Assembly (NCBI RefSeq): GCF_020745735.1
Contig: NC_083402.1
Span: 20,660,004 to 20,724,003, forward strand
DNA length: 64,000 nucleotides
Origin: Hemiscyllium ocellatum
Taxonomy: Eukaryota
Direction: 5' to 3'
The position numbers and the translations under genes were made by a program. Shown here piece by piece: positions 52,071-64,000 of this stretch (positions are counted from its first letter, which is position 1; the number at the start of each line of letters is the position of its first letter). Below the pieces are notes generated by a model, which had not been told where the DNA came from, did not search any database, and saw only the letters and a program-made list of their open reading frames with translations.

Positions 52071-52363
52071 TTTTGAGAATTGTCTTTTGGGGTAAGGAAA
52101 TACCCAAAGCTTAGAAGAAATCATTTTTAGTTTCAGCTTGGGACAGTTTTCAGAAGTTTTAACTGAAGATCGATGTGTAAACTGGCTGTTGATGAAAAAG
52201 GGTTGCAGTTATGACTGTTTATGAGATGATTATTTTAAAACTTCTGGGCAGGAACTGCCTGGTTAAAAATGTGAAGGGGTTATTTGAAGCTGAGAAAGAT
52301 TAAGTTCAGATGTATGAATCCTCCAGAAAGAGGCTATCAGATTTTCTGACCAGGAATTGAAAT

Positions 52364-52553
52364 AGAAGAAAGTGGGGACTACAGATGCTGGATATCAGTA
52401 TCAAAAAATGTTGTACTAGAAAAGCACAGCACGCCAGGCAGCACCAGAGGAGCAGGAGAATCAGCATTTCAGGCTTATGCCTGAAACATCGATTCTCCTA
52501 CTCCTCGGATGCTACCTGATCTGCAGTGCTTTTCCAGCACCACACGTTTTGAC
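52364..52553. mobile_element. Fold-back PLE terminus
   Basis: Inverted arms. TSD ccaggaattgaaat at 52350-52363 and 52554-52567. Confidence 0.85.
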
Positions 52554-53937
52554 CCAGGAATTGAAATCACACATAAATGAAACCATATATGGGATAGGGA
52601 AGAGAACTGTCTCTGTTATTTGAGTACTGTAATGGGCTACTGTTGGGACGAATATGATTGTACTTTATCCTGTGTTTCTAAATATTTAAATTTACTCATG
52701 TATGCAAATAGTTTCATTTATTATATTTTATCTTCATTTCTTTTGTATAATAAACTTCAATCTATTCAGTCTGAAGCACTGAATGCTTATGTTTCAGTGA
52801 AAGATCATTTCATTAAAACCAAAATTACAAAATCTGATCAATCAATCCAGATTTTATACTGGGATCTGCCTGCACATTGTACTTTATACATTGAGCCTGG
52901 TATGAAATTGACAGCTGAAATAAACTTTCTTTTCAATATTCCTGATTCCACACTTAAAATTAAGAAATAAATGCCTTTGATAACTTACCTAAGATACTGA
53001 CAACAATAACACTATTAAAATAGTTGACATCAGAAAAATCAAAGGATCGCCTGTGAAACCAAAGACTGTGTCCATTGATAATTCATCTCCTTTGCACCAC
53101 CAGTCTCACTTGCAACCTCCAGTAAGTGCTTGCAATTATCTCATCAACACTTGCACTTGGCCAATTTCCCATTTATTGGCTAAGTTCAAATGTAGGCCTT
53201 GGCTCAATCTTATGTTAATTTTGACTTAACACTTGCTGCTTCAATTGGATTTTATTACTGGTTTGGAAATTCTTAGCTGTGACTAAGGTATTCATAGTTA
53301 GCTATGGGTCCATTCTTGTATTTGTAACAGAATCATAGAATCATAATAGCACAGAAAGAGGCCATTTAGCCCATCATGTTCATACTTGCTCTCTGCAAGA
53401 GCGATATACCTTCTATATATCGATCTGAACAACTTGTTTTCTGTGGTACCATTAATATGGTAGAACATCCTAAATTTGACACTATAGGGGATGTTAAGGT
53501 TGGTAACTTCCAGCTTGAATATACTGGTGAAGGGATGGAATCAGTTTTATTTAATTAAGGGTTAAATTTTCAGAGAAATTGTGAAAGTAGATTAGAAATA
53601 CAGATATACGAAGGGAGGGAGAAGTGTCGGAGTGACACGATTAGAAATACAGACAATGTCTGTTAAAACTGTGGGAAGACAATGGATAATGTAATATGTA
53701 TGATGTAATGTTTTGTATAAAGCTTGGTGGTGTTTGTTGGTTTCACACTTCATGCGATAAGCTTTCCCTGGGCTTGCATGATATTAAATGATAACAGACC
53801 TGATGCCTGACTTCTCATCAATATGTTGAGTTGTCTGATAACAGTGGTACATTTTAAAGAGTGTATCAAAAGCAAGGTTAAAAGGCAACAAGGTTTTAGG
53901 AGGGAAATTTTGCAGCTGAAGATATGAATGTCAATAA

Positions 53938-54105
53938 CAAAAATAGGAATTTGCAGAAAAGCTCAGCAGGTCTGACAGCATCTGTGGAGAGAAATGAGTC
54001 TTAAGGTATTGGGTCAAGTGACCCTTCCTCGGAGTTCTGAAGAATCAATTTATATTTTGATCTCTGATTTATACCGCCTGCAGTTCTTTCAGTTTTTATT
54101 TAACG
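53938..54105. mobile_element. PLE terminus insertion
   Basis: gctcagcaggtctgacagcatctgtggagag. TSD tgaatgtcaataa at 53925-53937 and 54106-54118. Confidence 0.8.
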
Positions 54106-57004
54106 TGAATGTCAATAATATTCTGATTGAATTAGACATACAGAAGATGAGGACAGGAGGAGTACAGATATCTCAGAGGGGTGGAATGCTTCACAGAGAT
54201 AAGAATGGGTGAAGTGTGAATCAAATATTAATATTTAGACTTCTTGCCCCACCTGACATTCATTAATTTTGATTGTCAAGACTACACCCACATCACTTGA
54301 ACTGTATTAAAGCATGCATGTGGCCTCCCATAGCAGATGAGCTTCTGTTTTGGCAGGGCTAAACTTGTCATATCAGGTCTAAATATAACTAAATTCTTAA
54401 TCATCTTAATGGATTAATTCCTCGGACTTGAGGTGCAGAGTTATTTCTGATAACCAGAAAATTTCATTGAGATGGCATTCTCGAAGGCATGACAACAGAT
54501 GCTTTAAGACTTCCAGTGCTTGAAGTGATAAAAATAGCATCAGTTAGTATGCTGCATATTAAAGTGATTATACGATGTGTTTTGAATGCATTATATTTAC
54601 CAAGGATGAAGCAGAGGTTTTTTTTAAACAGGAATTTGGCACTCGATATCGAAACTTACAGTACAGAAGACCATTCAGTTTATTATCCTCATGTTCGCCC
54701 TGTGAATGAGCTATTCAGACTCCCATCTCTGACCTTTTCCCCATGACCCTTAAAAAAAATATTCCTTATGAAGCATGTAATTGTGATCCTACGCCCTTAC
54801 GCATTTTGGAAGTTGTTTCCTCTACTGTTTGTAATAGAATGTTTCATGTCCTATCATCCTCATGCAAAAATATTCCCTTTGGTGGTGATTATGTAATTGT
54901 ACATAAATGCATAAAATATAAAGTGCAGAATGGGCCTTCATGTTTAAGTAGCCTGTGTTGGTGTTTATACTCTACACAAGTCACCTTCCATTCCATTGCT
55001 TTAATCTCAGCATTTCAGCACACCTTTCTGTTCACATTTTGCTCATGAACCCACCCAGATTCCCCGTGAAAGTGTTGATGAGTCTCAATCATAGATCCTT
55101 TCATTTAACTCGTCCGTGCCAACCATAATCCAAAACTGAACTAGCCCCACTTGCCTGTGCTTAGTCTATACAAGGCCAAATATTTCTTATTTGTATATTT
55201 ATCTAAACGTCTTTTAAATTTTGTAACTGTGCCTGTATCTATCACTTCCACACGTGAACCATTCTCCATGTAAAGATATGTCTTTTTAAAATCTTTTTCC
55301 TCTCACCTTAAAAATATTCCCCCAGTCTTGAAATCCCCCACCCTCAGGATAGACACCCGCCTTATCTATACCCCTCATTACTTTATAAACCTCAATAAAG
55401 TCATCTTATGTTCTCAAAGATTTCTGAATAAAGGCATTTCTCCTTTTATCTAATAGTTTGATGTAGGGTTGAGTTCAAGATAGACTAGCTAAGGAGAAAG
55501 CACAGTCAAAAATTGCCTTTAGGCTTCGACTTCAAAGTAACATTATTTAATTTACTTTGATACCGCATTACATGGTAATTATAGATACACCACATGCTGA
55601 TCTTTTTTAGATAAGGAATTATTTGTTTTCTTCATGCATTCATGTACATATTCTCTCATGTCTCTCTCAGTCTGGAGTCTGGTGTTTTTTAGTTGGTCCA
55701 GTTTACCCTGCTGCAGTCCAGAGCAACTCCAACACTTTTATATTCCATGATGTGCTGTTCTATGGTATCATCACAAGGACTTGAAACTGCTACATGACAC
55801 CTTCTCCGAAAGCCTTTCTCCCCTTACGCAAACACTGTTTAACAGTTATATGCATTCTCAAATAGCTTACCTGGGAAAGTTCTTCTTAGAACTTTTACTG
55901 GACTTTTTTTTCCCCCATAACTGTTCTCCTGTCTCCCCCAATCTTTTAACATCATTCATTTATTTCAAGAGATACATCAGTAAAGTCTATGATCAGATAT
56001 ACAAACACTTGAGATAAAGTTGGAAATCTTGAATTTTTTCTGCTGGCTCCTGTTAGATCAGAGATTTCAGCTACCTGATAAAGAAAGTTGAGTTGGTGTA
56101 ACTGCAGATGCAGGAGATCAGAGTCGAGAGTGTGTTGCTGGAAATGCCTGAAATGTCGATTCTCCTGCTCCTCGGACGCTGCCTGACCTAGATGGGAAAT
56201 TAAACCACTGTGAGGATTCAAAGAGGATGCAAGTGTTTGAGAAAGAAGGTGACAGTTGCCAGGTGGGAAGTGAACATTATTGAAAATGTTGGAAGAATTG
56301 GAAAGATTTTACATGTTTGAGAATCAATGGGCTTTGCAGGTTCTTGCGCAAGAATCACAAAATGCTAATGTGCAGGGACAAATAATCAGGAAAATGCAAG
56401 TAGTATGATAATCAGTAATTCTGAATACAAGAGTAACTTTGCTTTGCTGGAATTATGTGGCTTAGCTAAGAGCACACTGAGAATATTGTGCAGTGTTAGC
56501 CTTATTAAAGGAAGGAGAGGGTTACTCTGAATCTTCACCAGATCAATTACTCACAAGACTGTCTTACTAAGACAGATAGAGTAAATTGGGCCTATGATCT
56601 GCAAAGATCAAAAAAAAATCACAATAAAATGTATAATATTTTTCGACAGCTTGGCAGGGTTTATGCTGAGATTCTCAAAGTAGAGTGTCTAATCAGAGGA
56701 TAAAGTGAAAAGTGTGACAAGAAGGAATTTATTGCCTCAGCAGATAGCAAATCTTTGGAACTTTTTACTCCCAATGGTCTGAATGTTCATTCTGAAAGAG
56801 TATATTAAAAACAAAAATCAACAGGTTTGGACGGAAAGGGAATAGGATTTGTGGAAGCACAGCTAAACTGCTTGAAGACTAACCATCCAGAATTATCACC
56901 CCCTTAGCCAAGCTGTTCAAGGAGAGCAACAACACTTGCATTTAACCAACAACTTGGAAAACTGCCCAAGGACGTCCAGTGGGCAAAACTCAGGATGTAG
57001 GACA

Positions 57005-57415
57005 AGACTTTGGGAAGCTCAGAGGAACAGACAGATCCTGCAGTGCTTGTCCACAGGTCCCTGAAGGTGCCAGGACAGATTAATAGGGCAGTTAAGAAGG
57101 CATACAGAATGCTTGCTTTTGTCGGTCATGGCATGGATTGTAAGAGCAACGAGGTCATGTTGGGGCTGTACAAAAATTGTGGTTAGGCCATGGCTGGAGT
57201 TCTGTGTGCAGTTCTGGTCACCACACTATGGGCAATTGTCAGCAGTGGTAGTAGAGTCAGATACATTAGGGACATTTAAGCAACTCTTGGATAAGCACAT
57301 GGAAGACTGTACACTGAAGGGTATATTGGTTAGCCGGATCTTAGGGTAGGATTAAAGGTCTGCACAATATCAAGGGCTGAAGGGCCTGTGCTGTGCTGTT
57401 CTATGTCCAATGTTC
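57005..57415 (+). mobile_element. Internally deleted CR1 3' fragment
   Basis: VRPWLEFCVQFWSPHY plus tail agggctgaagggcctgtgctg. Confidence 0.8.
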
Positions 57416-58434
57416 ATGTATGTAGTAGTATGTTTTTAACAACACAGAATTAATGGGCCAAAGGGCCTCTGCTATACTGTATGATTCTATGATCCTTAAT
57501 CAAGTGCAGCCAATCACCACTTCTTCAGTCTACTCCCAATCATCAAGGAGATGATGGCAGTCAGTGTTATCACCAAGAAACTACTTACACTCAGTTTGGA
57601 TTTTGCCAGGAGCATCCAATTGCAGACCTCAGCTCAGCTTTCATTCAGACCTGGGCAAAAGAGTCAAACTAAAGAGGTGGAAGTGATTGCTCTCAAGATA
57701 AAGGCAGCAACTGATCAAGGCTGATATCAAGAAGATCTCATTAAATGACAAGCAATGGAAAACAAGAGGGGGGTCCTCTACTGGCTGCGGATATGCTTAG
57801 CATAAAGAAAAATGGAAGCTAATTATCTCAGGCCCTGTGCACTGCTCATGTGAGAAAATAGCACACTCAATATCACTTGTCCAGTCTGAAATTCTTAATA
57901 CATTTAGCTGAGGGAGTGACTTTATCTCACTCCGAATGCATAAACAATCCTGAACAGAAAGACGCCAGGGCAGAATAGAAAATACTGATTACAAAAATTG
58001 CACTCTCAGTATGAAAGTCACTACTTAGAGTAAAAGAAAGATTTTTTAGAATGGAGATAAGGTGAAACTTCTTCAACCAGCGAGTGGTAAATCTATGGAA
58101 TTCATTGCCACAGAAGGCTGTGGAGGCCTGGTCATCGAGTATACTTACAACGGAGATGGATAGATTCTTGATTGTAAAAGGGATTGAGGGTTAAGGGAAG
58201 AAAGCGGGAGAATGGGGTTGAGAAACTTATCAGCCATTATTGAAAGGCGAAGCAGATTTGCTTGGCTGAATGGCCTAATTTCTGCTCCTATGTCTGCTGG
58301 TCTTACGGTTTTATTTCCCTGAACCGATACCAGGGAATCATCTGGTGTGACCCCTTATCAATGCAAGTGTTTAGGCAGAACCAATGAATGACCCTTAGAG
58401 GGGCATGAACAGAGAGGGAGGTCTATCTTGCGTA

Positions 58435-58560
58435 AGTGATGAAGGGCTTTTGCCCGAAATGTTGGTTCTCCTGCTCCTCGGATGCTGCCTGATCTGCTGT
58501 GATTTTCTAGCGCCACACTCCCGACTCTCATCTCCAGCATCTGCAGTCCTCACTTTCGCC
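58435..58560 (+). mobile_element. Solo PLE terminus
   Basis: tgatgaagggcttttgcccgaaatg...ccagcatctgcagtcctcacttt. Confidence 0.8.
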
Positions 58561-58984
58561 TATCTTATGTTCCCGTCCTATGTTCATTGGACAAAGGGAT
58601 CAAGCAGGCGATTTACTGGTTCTCATAAATAGGATATATTTGTACTGCAGGTACAGCAGGCAGTGAAGAAAGCTAAGGACATGCTGGCCTTCATAACAAG
58701 AGGAATTGAGTATAGGAGCAAAAGTCCTTCTGCAGCTGTACCGGGCCCTGGTGAAACCCCACCTAGAGTAGCGTAGGTTCACAAGATCAATTCCTGCAAT
58801 TGGAAAGACTGGGCTTGTATACACTTGAGTTTAGAAGGATCTGATTGAGGGGATCTGACTGAGATGTAAAAGATTATTAAAGGATTGGACACTCTGGAGG
58901 CAAGAAATATGTTTCCGCTAATGGGTGAGTCCAGAACCAAAGGACACAGTTTAAAAAGAAGAGGTAGGCCATTTAGAACACAGT

Positions 58985-60170
58985 TTCTCAGCGGCAGCAG
59001 CAACTGGAAGGGTGGGAGCTTGGATCAGGGGCCGGCTGAGAGCGGTGAGTCATTGATTTGAACATTCAAAAACTTACAACGAGCGCGGGAGTCCTCCATT
59101 TCTGATTTTCAGCGGCAGCAGCAACTCGAAAAGCGGGAGCTTGGACCAGGGGCCTGCTGGGAGCGGTGAGTCACTGATTTGTGCTTTTAAATTTGAAGTC
59201 AGAGAGCAGAGGTTTCTGGGAAAGGAGGGACTTATTTTTATTTCCATCCAGCTATATAAGTCAGTGTTTTCTAAACCCGAGACCCTACTATTGTAGGACC
59301 TCCCACCCAACCACCTCCCCTAACATTAAAGACTAGGTACATATCAGGTAAACGCCTCTTCTTTTTTACTTTATGATAAGGGGATGAGCAGGGATGGCAG
59401 TGCAGGGAAAGCAATTGTCCGCCTGCATAATGTTTGAGTTGAGGGACGCTATTAATGTCCCATCCAAGTACATCTGCAGGAAGTGCACCCAACTCTCGCT
59501 CCTCCAAAACCATGTTAGGGAACTGAAGCAGGAGCTGGATGAACTTCGGATCATTCGGGAGGCAGTCGCTGTGATAGGTAAGAGTTATAGGGAAGTAGTT
59601 CCTCCTAGGCATGAAGGAAGCTGGGCGACTGTTCGAAGAGGGGAAAGAAACAGTCAGTGGAGGGATCCCCTTTGGTCATTCCCCTGAAAAACATATATAC
59701 AGTTTTAGATACTGTTGAGGGGGATGACTTACCAGTGGGGCCCAGGTGTCTAGCACAGAGCCTGTCCCTGTTGCACAGAAGGGAAGGAGGGAAAGGAGGA
59801 GAGTGTTAGTTATTGGGAACTCAATAGTTAAAGGGTCAGATAGAAGGTTTGTTGGGAACGAACGAGACTCACGGTTAGTGTGTTGCCTCCCAGGTGCCAG
59901 GGTCTGTGATGTCTCGGATCGTATCTTTGGGGTCCTGAAGGGAGAGGGTGACCAGCCTCAAGTCATTGTCCATGAAGATACCAACGACACAGGTATAAAG
60001 AGGGATAGGGATGTGAGGCAGGATTTCAGGGAGCTAGGGTGGATGCTGAGAGCTTGGACAAGCAGAGTTGTCATCTCTGGTTTGTTACCCATGCCACGAG
60101 ATAGCGAGACAAGGAATAGGGAGAGATATCAGCTGAATATGTGGCTGCAATATTGGTGCAGGAGGTAGGG
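58985..60170 (+). mobile_element. CR1 5' end: 5'UTR with duplicated module plus decayed ORF1 (CxxC finger, leucine zipper, esterase), 3'-truncated
   Basis: ORFs 59394-59687 (YICRKC, RELKQELDELRIIRE) and 59746-60168 (VLVIGNSIV, VCCLPGARV) are homologous to the ORF1 at 32353. Confidence 0.9.
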
Positions 60171-60412
60171 TTTCAGGAGAGAGATTTTTGAGGAGAGAGA
60201 GTTAAGAAGAGCAAAGGGCAGCAGAAATGAAACAGATTGAGTTACGATTAGAAGCAGAAGAGAGGGAAAAAGAGAGAGTGCAGAAGAGAAAGAAGAAGTA
60301 GTTCAAAAACTGACACTTAAAAAGGAAAGTCAACTTAAAAAGCTGAAGATAAAGGCTGAAGGTAACCTTAGCGAGGAAGAGAGTGAGGATGAACAAACCC
60401 ATGGTAGTCAGA

Positions 60413-60605
60413 GTTATAAATCACACAACACAAAGTTATAGTCCAACAGGTTTAATTGGAAGCACTAGCTTTCGGAACGCCGCTCCTTCATCAGGTGGTT
60501 GTGTAGAAGGAGCAGCGCTCTGAAAGCTAGTGCTTCCAATTAAACCTGTTGGACTATAAACGGGTGTTGTGTGATTTTTAATTTTGTCCACCATCATCTC
60601 CAAAT
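60413..60605. mobile_element. Fold-back terminus of the second PLE family, inserted into the Gypsy gag
   Basis: Inverted arms at about 60417-60490 and 60505-60580. TSD catggtagtcaga at 60400-60412 and 60606-60618. Confidence 0.9.
60463..60497 (-). ncRNA. Minimal hammerhead ribozyme motif of a second PLE family
   Basis: CAC-CTGATGA-A-GGAGC-GGC-GTTCC-GAAA-GCTA-GTG. Helix III is the palindrome AGCT and the triplet is CUA. Confidence 0.75.
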
Positions 60606-61898
60606 CATGGTAGTCAGAAGCCGAGTGAGAAACGGTTTATGTATGTTCAAGCATTGCCTAAATTTGGAAGCCTTTTTCATCTCATTTGAAAAAGTGGCTA
60701 AACAGATGCATAAGCCAGTGGCAATGTGGGTTTTGTTGATCCAAACGAAACTGGTAGTCAGGGCTGATGAGTTATTCACATCAGTATCAGAGCAGGTATC
60801 TGGGGAGTATGAGGAGGTGAGAAAAGGCCATTTTAAGTGCATATGAGCTTGTACCAGAAGCAATAGACAATGTTTCAGGAATCTAAGGAGGGACCTTGGT
60901 CAAACCTATATTGAGTTTGAAAGGATCAGAGTAATTTCAATAGATGGATAAAAACTCCACTCACTGAATTGTTAAACAAGGGGAAGATATTTCAGTGGAC
61001 AACAGAATGCCAAAATGCATTTTACAGCTTAGGAACTGTGTTAACCACTACCCCAGTATTAGCCACACTGGATTACATGAAACCTTTCGATGTGGCTATC
61101 GGTGTCAGTGATGTGGGTTTCAGTGCGGTGCTCCTGCAGGAGGAAGACGAGGGAATAGACAGACCCATTGGGTATTTTTCCAGGAAGTTGAACATTTACC
61201 AACAGAAATATTCAATGGTGGAGAAAGAGACTTTGAGCTTGGCTTTGGCATTACAATATTTCCGTGTTTATATTACCAGCAATGCATCTGAGACAACCTT
61301 ACACACTGATCACAACCCATTGACATTTGTGGAAACATTTGAGGACAAAATTGCCAGACTGTTTAGATGGAGCTTGTTGTTGCAGCCATTCACTTTGACA
61401 ATTGCGCATGTGGCAAGTCACGAAAACTTGATTGCTGATGCGTTATCGAGACTCGAACGAGATACGGAGGCATTCAGTGAGGGGTATGCCACGGCTTGAA
61501 TTCGCATGTGATTGTGCATATTTTCATGTGTGTAGTTAGTACAGTATATATGTGTGTTTTGGGCTACTAACCAATTTGTTTTTGATGGGTTTTAAAAACG
61601 AAGCCATCTTTTGGTATTGATGGATTCACTTTTTTTTAAGGGGAGAGGTGTCACAAAGCTGGTTCCTTTTTTTCTAAAAAGCTGTTCCTTTTCTCAAAAA
61701 TAATATGTTCTTGTTTCTTTTTCAGAGGGGTCATAAAACCCTCCTGGGTTTGAGGTGGCTAGTTTGGTACAGAGATGAAAAAGGATTTTGAGAGGCCTTT
61801 TGTTCATATGTAAACAGATGAGACTTCAGGCCGAAGTGGTCATGGTTTAGAAGTGACCTGTATAATGAAAGGGGAGTGGTCAGCTCTCTAGCTAAGCA

Positions 61899-62696
61899 AA
61901 AGGGCACTACCTGGTCAGGTCCACACCCCCCCCCACGACCCACCCTCCCATCCTGGCACTTTCCCTTGCCACCACAGGAACTGTAAAACCTGTGCCCATA
62001 CCTCCTCCCTCACCTCTATCCAAGGCCCTAAAGGAGCCTTCCACATCCATCAAAGTTTTACCTGCACATCCACTAATATCATTTATTGTATCCGTTGCTC
62101 CCGATGCAGTCTCCTCTACATTGGGGAGACTGGGCGCCTCCTAGCAGAACGCTTTAGGGAACATCTCCGAGATACCCACACCAATCAAGCACACCGCCCC
62201 GTGGCCCAACATTTCAACTCCCCCTCCCACTCTGCCGAGGACATGGAGGTCCTGGGCCTCCTTCACTGCCGCTCCCTCACCACCAGACGTCTGGAGGAAG
62301 AACGTCTCATCTTCCACCTCGGAACATTTCAACCCCAGGGCATCAATGTGGACTTCAACAGCTTCCTCATTTCCCCTTCCCCCACCTCATCCAAGTTTCA
62401 AACTTCCAGTTCAGCACTGTCCCCATGACTTGTCCGGACTTGTCTGACCTGCCTAGCTCCTTTTCCACCTATCCACTCCACTCTCTCCTTCCTGACCTAT
62501 CACCTTCATCTCCTCCCCAACTCACCCATTGTACTCTATGCTACTCTCTCCCCACCCCACCCTCCTCTAGCTTATCTCTCCATGCTTCCAGCTCACTGCC
62601 TTTATTCCTGATGAAGGGCTTTTGCCCGAAACGTCGATTTCGCTGCTCGTTTGATGCTGGCTGAACTGCTGTGCTCTTCCAGCACCACTGATCCAG
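61899..62696 (+). mobile_element. Penelope-like element 3' part (Zn-finger linker, GIY-YIG endonuclease, pLTR with hammerhead), Neptune-type
   Basis: PGTFPC...CKTC, NIIYCIRCSRC.LLYIGETGR.LAERFREH, EERLIFHLGT. 14-bp TSD tctctagctaagca at 61885-61898 and 62697-62710. Confidence 0.92.
62604..62639 (+). ncRNA. Minimal type I hammerhead ribozyme motif in a PLE pLTR
   Basis: attc-CTGATGA-A-GGGC-TTTT-GCCC-GAAA-CGTC-gatt. Confidence 0.75.
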
Positions 62697-63449
62697 TCTC
62701 TAGCTAAGCAGTTCAGTCCAGAACTAGTTAGGAGTTCAGCTGTGAGGAAACAGGCTGCTAGGCTCTCTCTCTCTCTTTCTGCCCTTCTAACTTCCATCTG
62801 TAAGCATTTGTTTCATTTTTACTGTGTTTCGGGAGGGGGGTGGGGTTTGCTTATTGAGACTGTTGTGTGTATTCAGAACAACGTAATTGAGTCTAGTTTG
62901 GATAGACTGAGTTCTGTGGGGGTTCTTTATGCTATTCTTTGTGTTTCATTGTGTAATTTTCTGAATACATTTTTGTCTGTTTTAAAATGTAGTAGTCAAC
63001 CTAGCTACCTTACTCCAGGTAATTTTCACTGTACACTTACCAAAACAAATTGCAAAGTTATGGTCCAGGCTGCCAGCTTAAGAATGCTTTGAGTGGCCTG
63101 TCCTAGTCCATAATAAAAGTATCAAAAAAAGTCTTGAATACCTCTAAAAGAAAACATGCAGACCTGAATCAAGGCTGCGTAAGTAGAAATGTGTGCCATC
63201 AACATAATTCCACTGTTTTTAACTCTGTATTCCATCCAATAACTCAACAAGTGTCATTGGTTTAGATAGCTTCAGTTTGGCAGAATTCTTGTTGATGAGT
63301 CTGAACATTGTGAATTCAAGTCCTATACTGAAGACCTAAGAGCAATATCTAGCCTGACACTTCAGGACAATACTGCGATGATATTGTGCATGCTTCATGC
63401 AACATGCTCAATGATTTTTCATCTGAAGTGAAAGCAAATAACAGCAGGG

Positions 63450-63785
63450 CACAAAGAACAAAGAAAATTATAGCACAGGAACAGGCCCTTCAGGCCTCTA
63501 AATCTGCGCCAATCCAGATCCTCTACCTAAACTTGTCCCTATTTTCCAAGAATCTATATCCCTCTGCTCTCTGTCCATTCATGTATCTGTCTAGATCCAT
63601 CTTAAATGACGCTATCACACCCACCTCTACACCTCCGCTGGCAATGCATTCCAAGCACCCACCACTCTCTGCCTAAAGAACTTTCCACACTTACCTTCCT
63701 TAAAATTGTCCCCTCTCGCCTTGAAATCGTGACCCCCAGTAATCGAGTCTCCAATCCTGGGAAAAAGCTTCTTGCTATCCACCCT
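63450..63785 (-). mobile_element. CR1 3' fragment
   Basis: RVVGAWNALP region and tail. Confidence 0.85.
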
Positions 63786-64000
63786 GGTAGAACTTGACCC
63801 AGGTTCAAGTTCTACCAGTTCCAGTGATGTGCAATAACATTCCTGAACATTGGAACATTATTTCAATGAGCCACCATATACTGCAGCACAGAGCAGGAGA
63901 AAAAAACACCTTACAACATATTCAAAAAGAATGGATACCCAATGAACACAGTCACCAATTTCTCAGCAATAAACCCCAACAAGCAGACAAAACGCATCCA

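Larger units (their letters stand above)
60170..63115 (+). mobile_element. Internally deleted Gmr1-like Ty3/Gypsy LTR retrotransposon (gag remnant, RNase H, PPT, 3' LTR)
   Basis: Gag-like FFISFEKVAKQM...W...Y..V...AYELVPEA.RQ.FRNL. RT-connection/RNase H at 60969-61499 (F.WTTECQNAF, RPIGYFSRKL, TDHNPL, NLIADALSR) is followed directly by the PPT with no downstream integrase. Confidence 0.85.
61649..63115 (+). repeat. Gypsy 3' LTR (interrupted by a PLE at 61899-62696)
   Basis: PPT aaggggagagg (61638-61648) abuts TGTCAC. The probable end is ...ccataata (decayed CA); the end position is approximate. Confidence 0.7.

Overview
This is a eukaryotic (vertebrate) window. The repeat complement (HE1-type tRNA SINEs with TTAGA tails, HER1/CR1 LINEs, Penelope-like elements) points to a shark, probably a bamboo/carpet shark. 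The only recognisable host coding sequence is the 37-nt first coding exon of GPM6A (neuronal M6a, shark DM-beta) on the minus strand at 47247-47283 (MEENMEEGQTQK-G|gt). Positions 1-47246 are therefore part of its large first intron, and I did not find exon 2 in the window. The rest is a mosaic of mobile DNA. It includes a young 5'-truncated CR1 (32.3-35.7 kb) whose ATG-less ORF2 is reachable through a -1 slippery site at the ORF1 stop, many CR1 fragments, and two SINE families. There is also a deleted Gmr1-like Gypsy with its 3' LTR and an RTE fragment. At least four Penelope-like element (PLE) families are present. Their termini carry minimal hammerhead-ribozyme motifs, one with a compensatory U3-A8 core, and they often occur as short fold-back insertions with 12-16 bp target-site duplications. 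Other oddities are a decayed, apparently intronless fragment of a non-muscle myosin-II motor domain, a 104-bp inverted templated duplication and an old local duplication. Most short ORFs in the supplied track are TE debris or chance. Boundaries of old repeats are approximate (about 20-50 bp).
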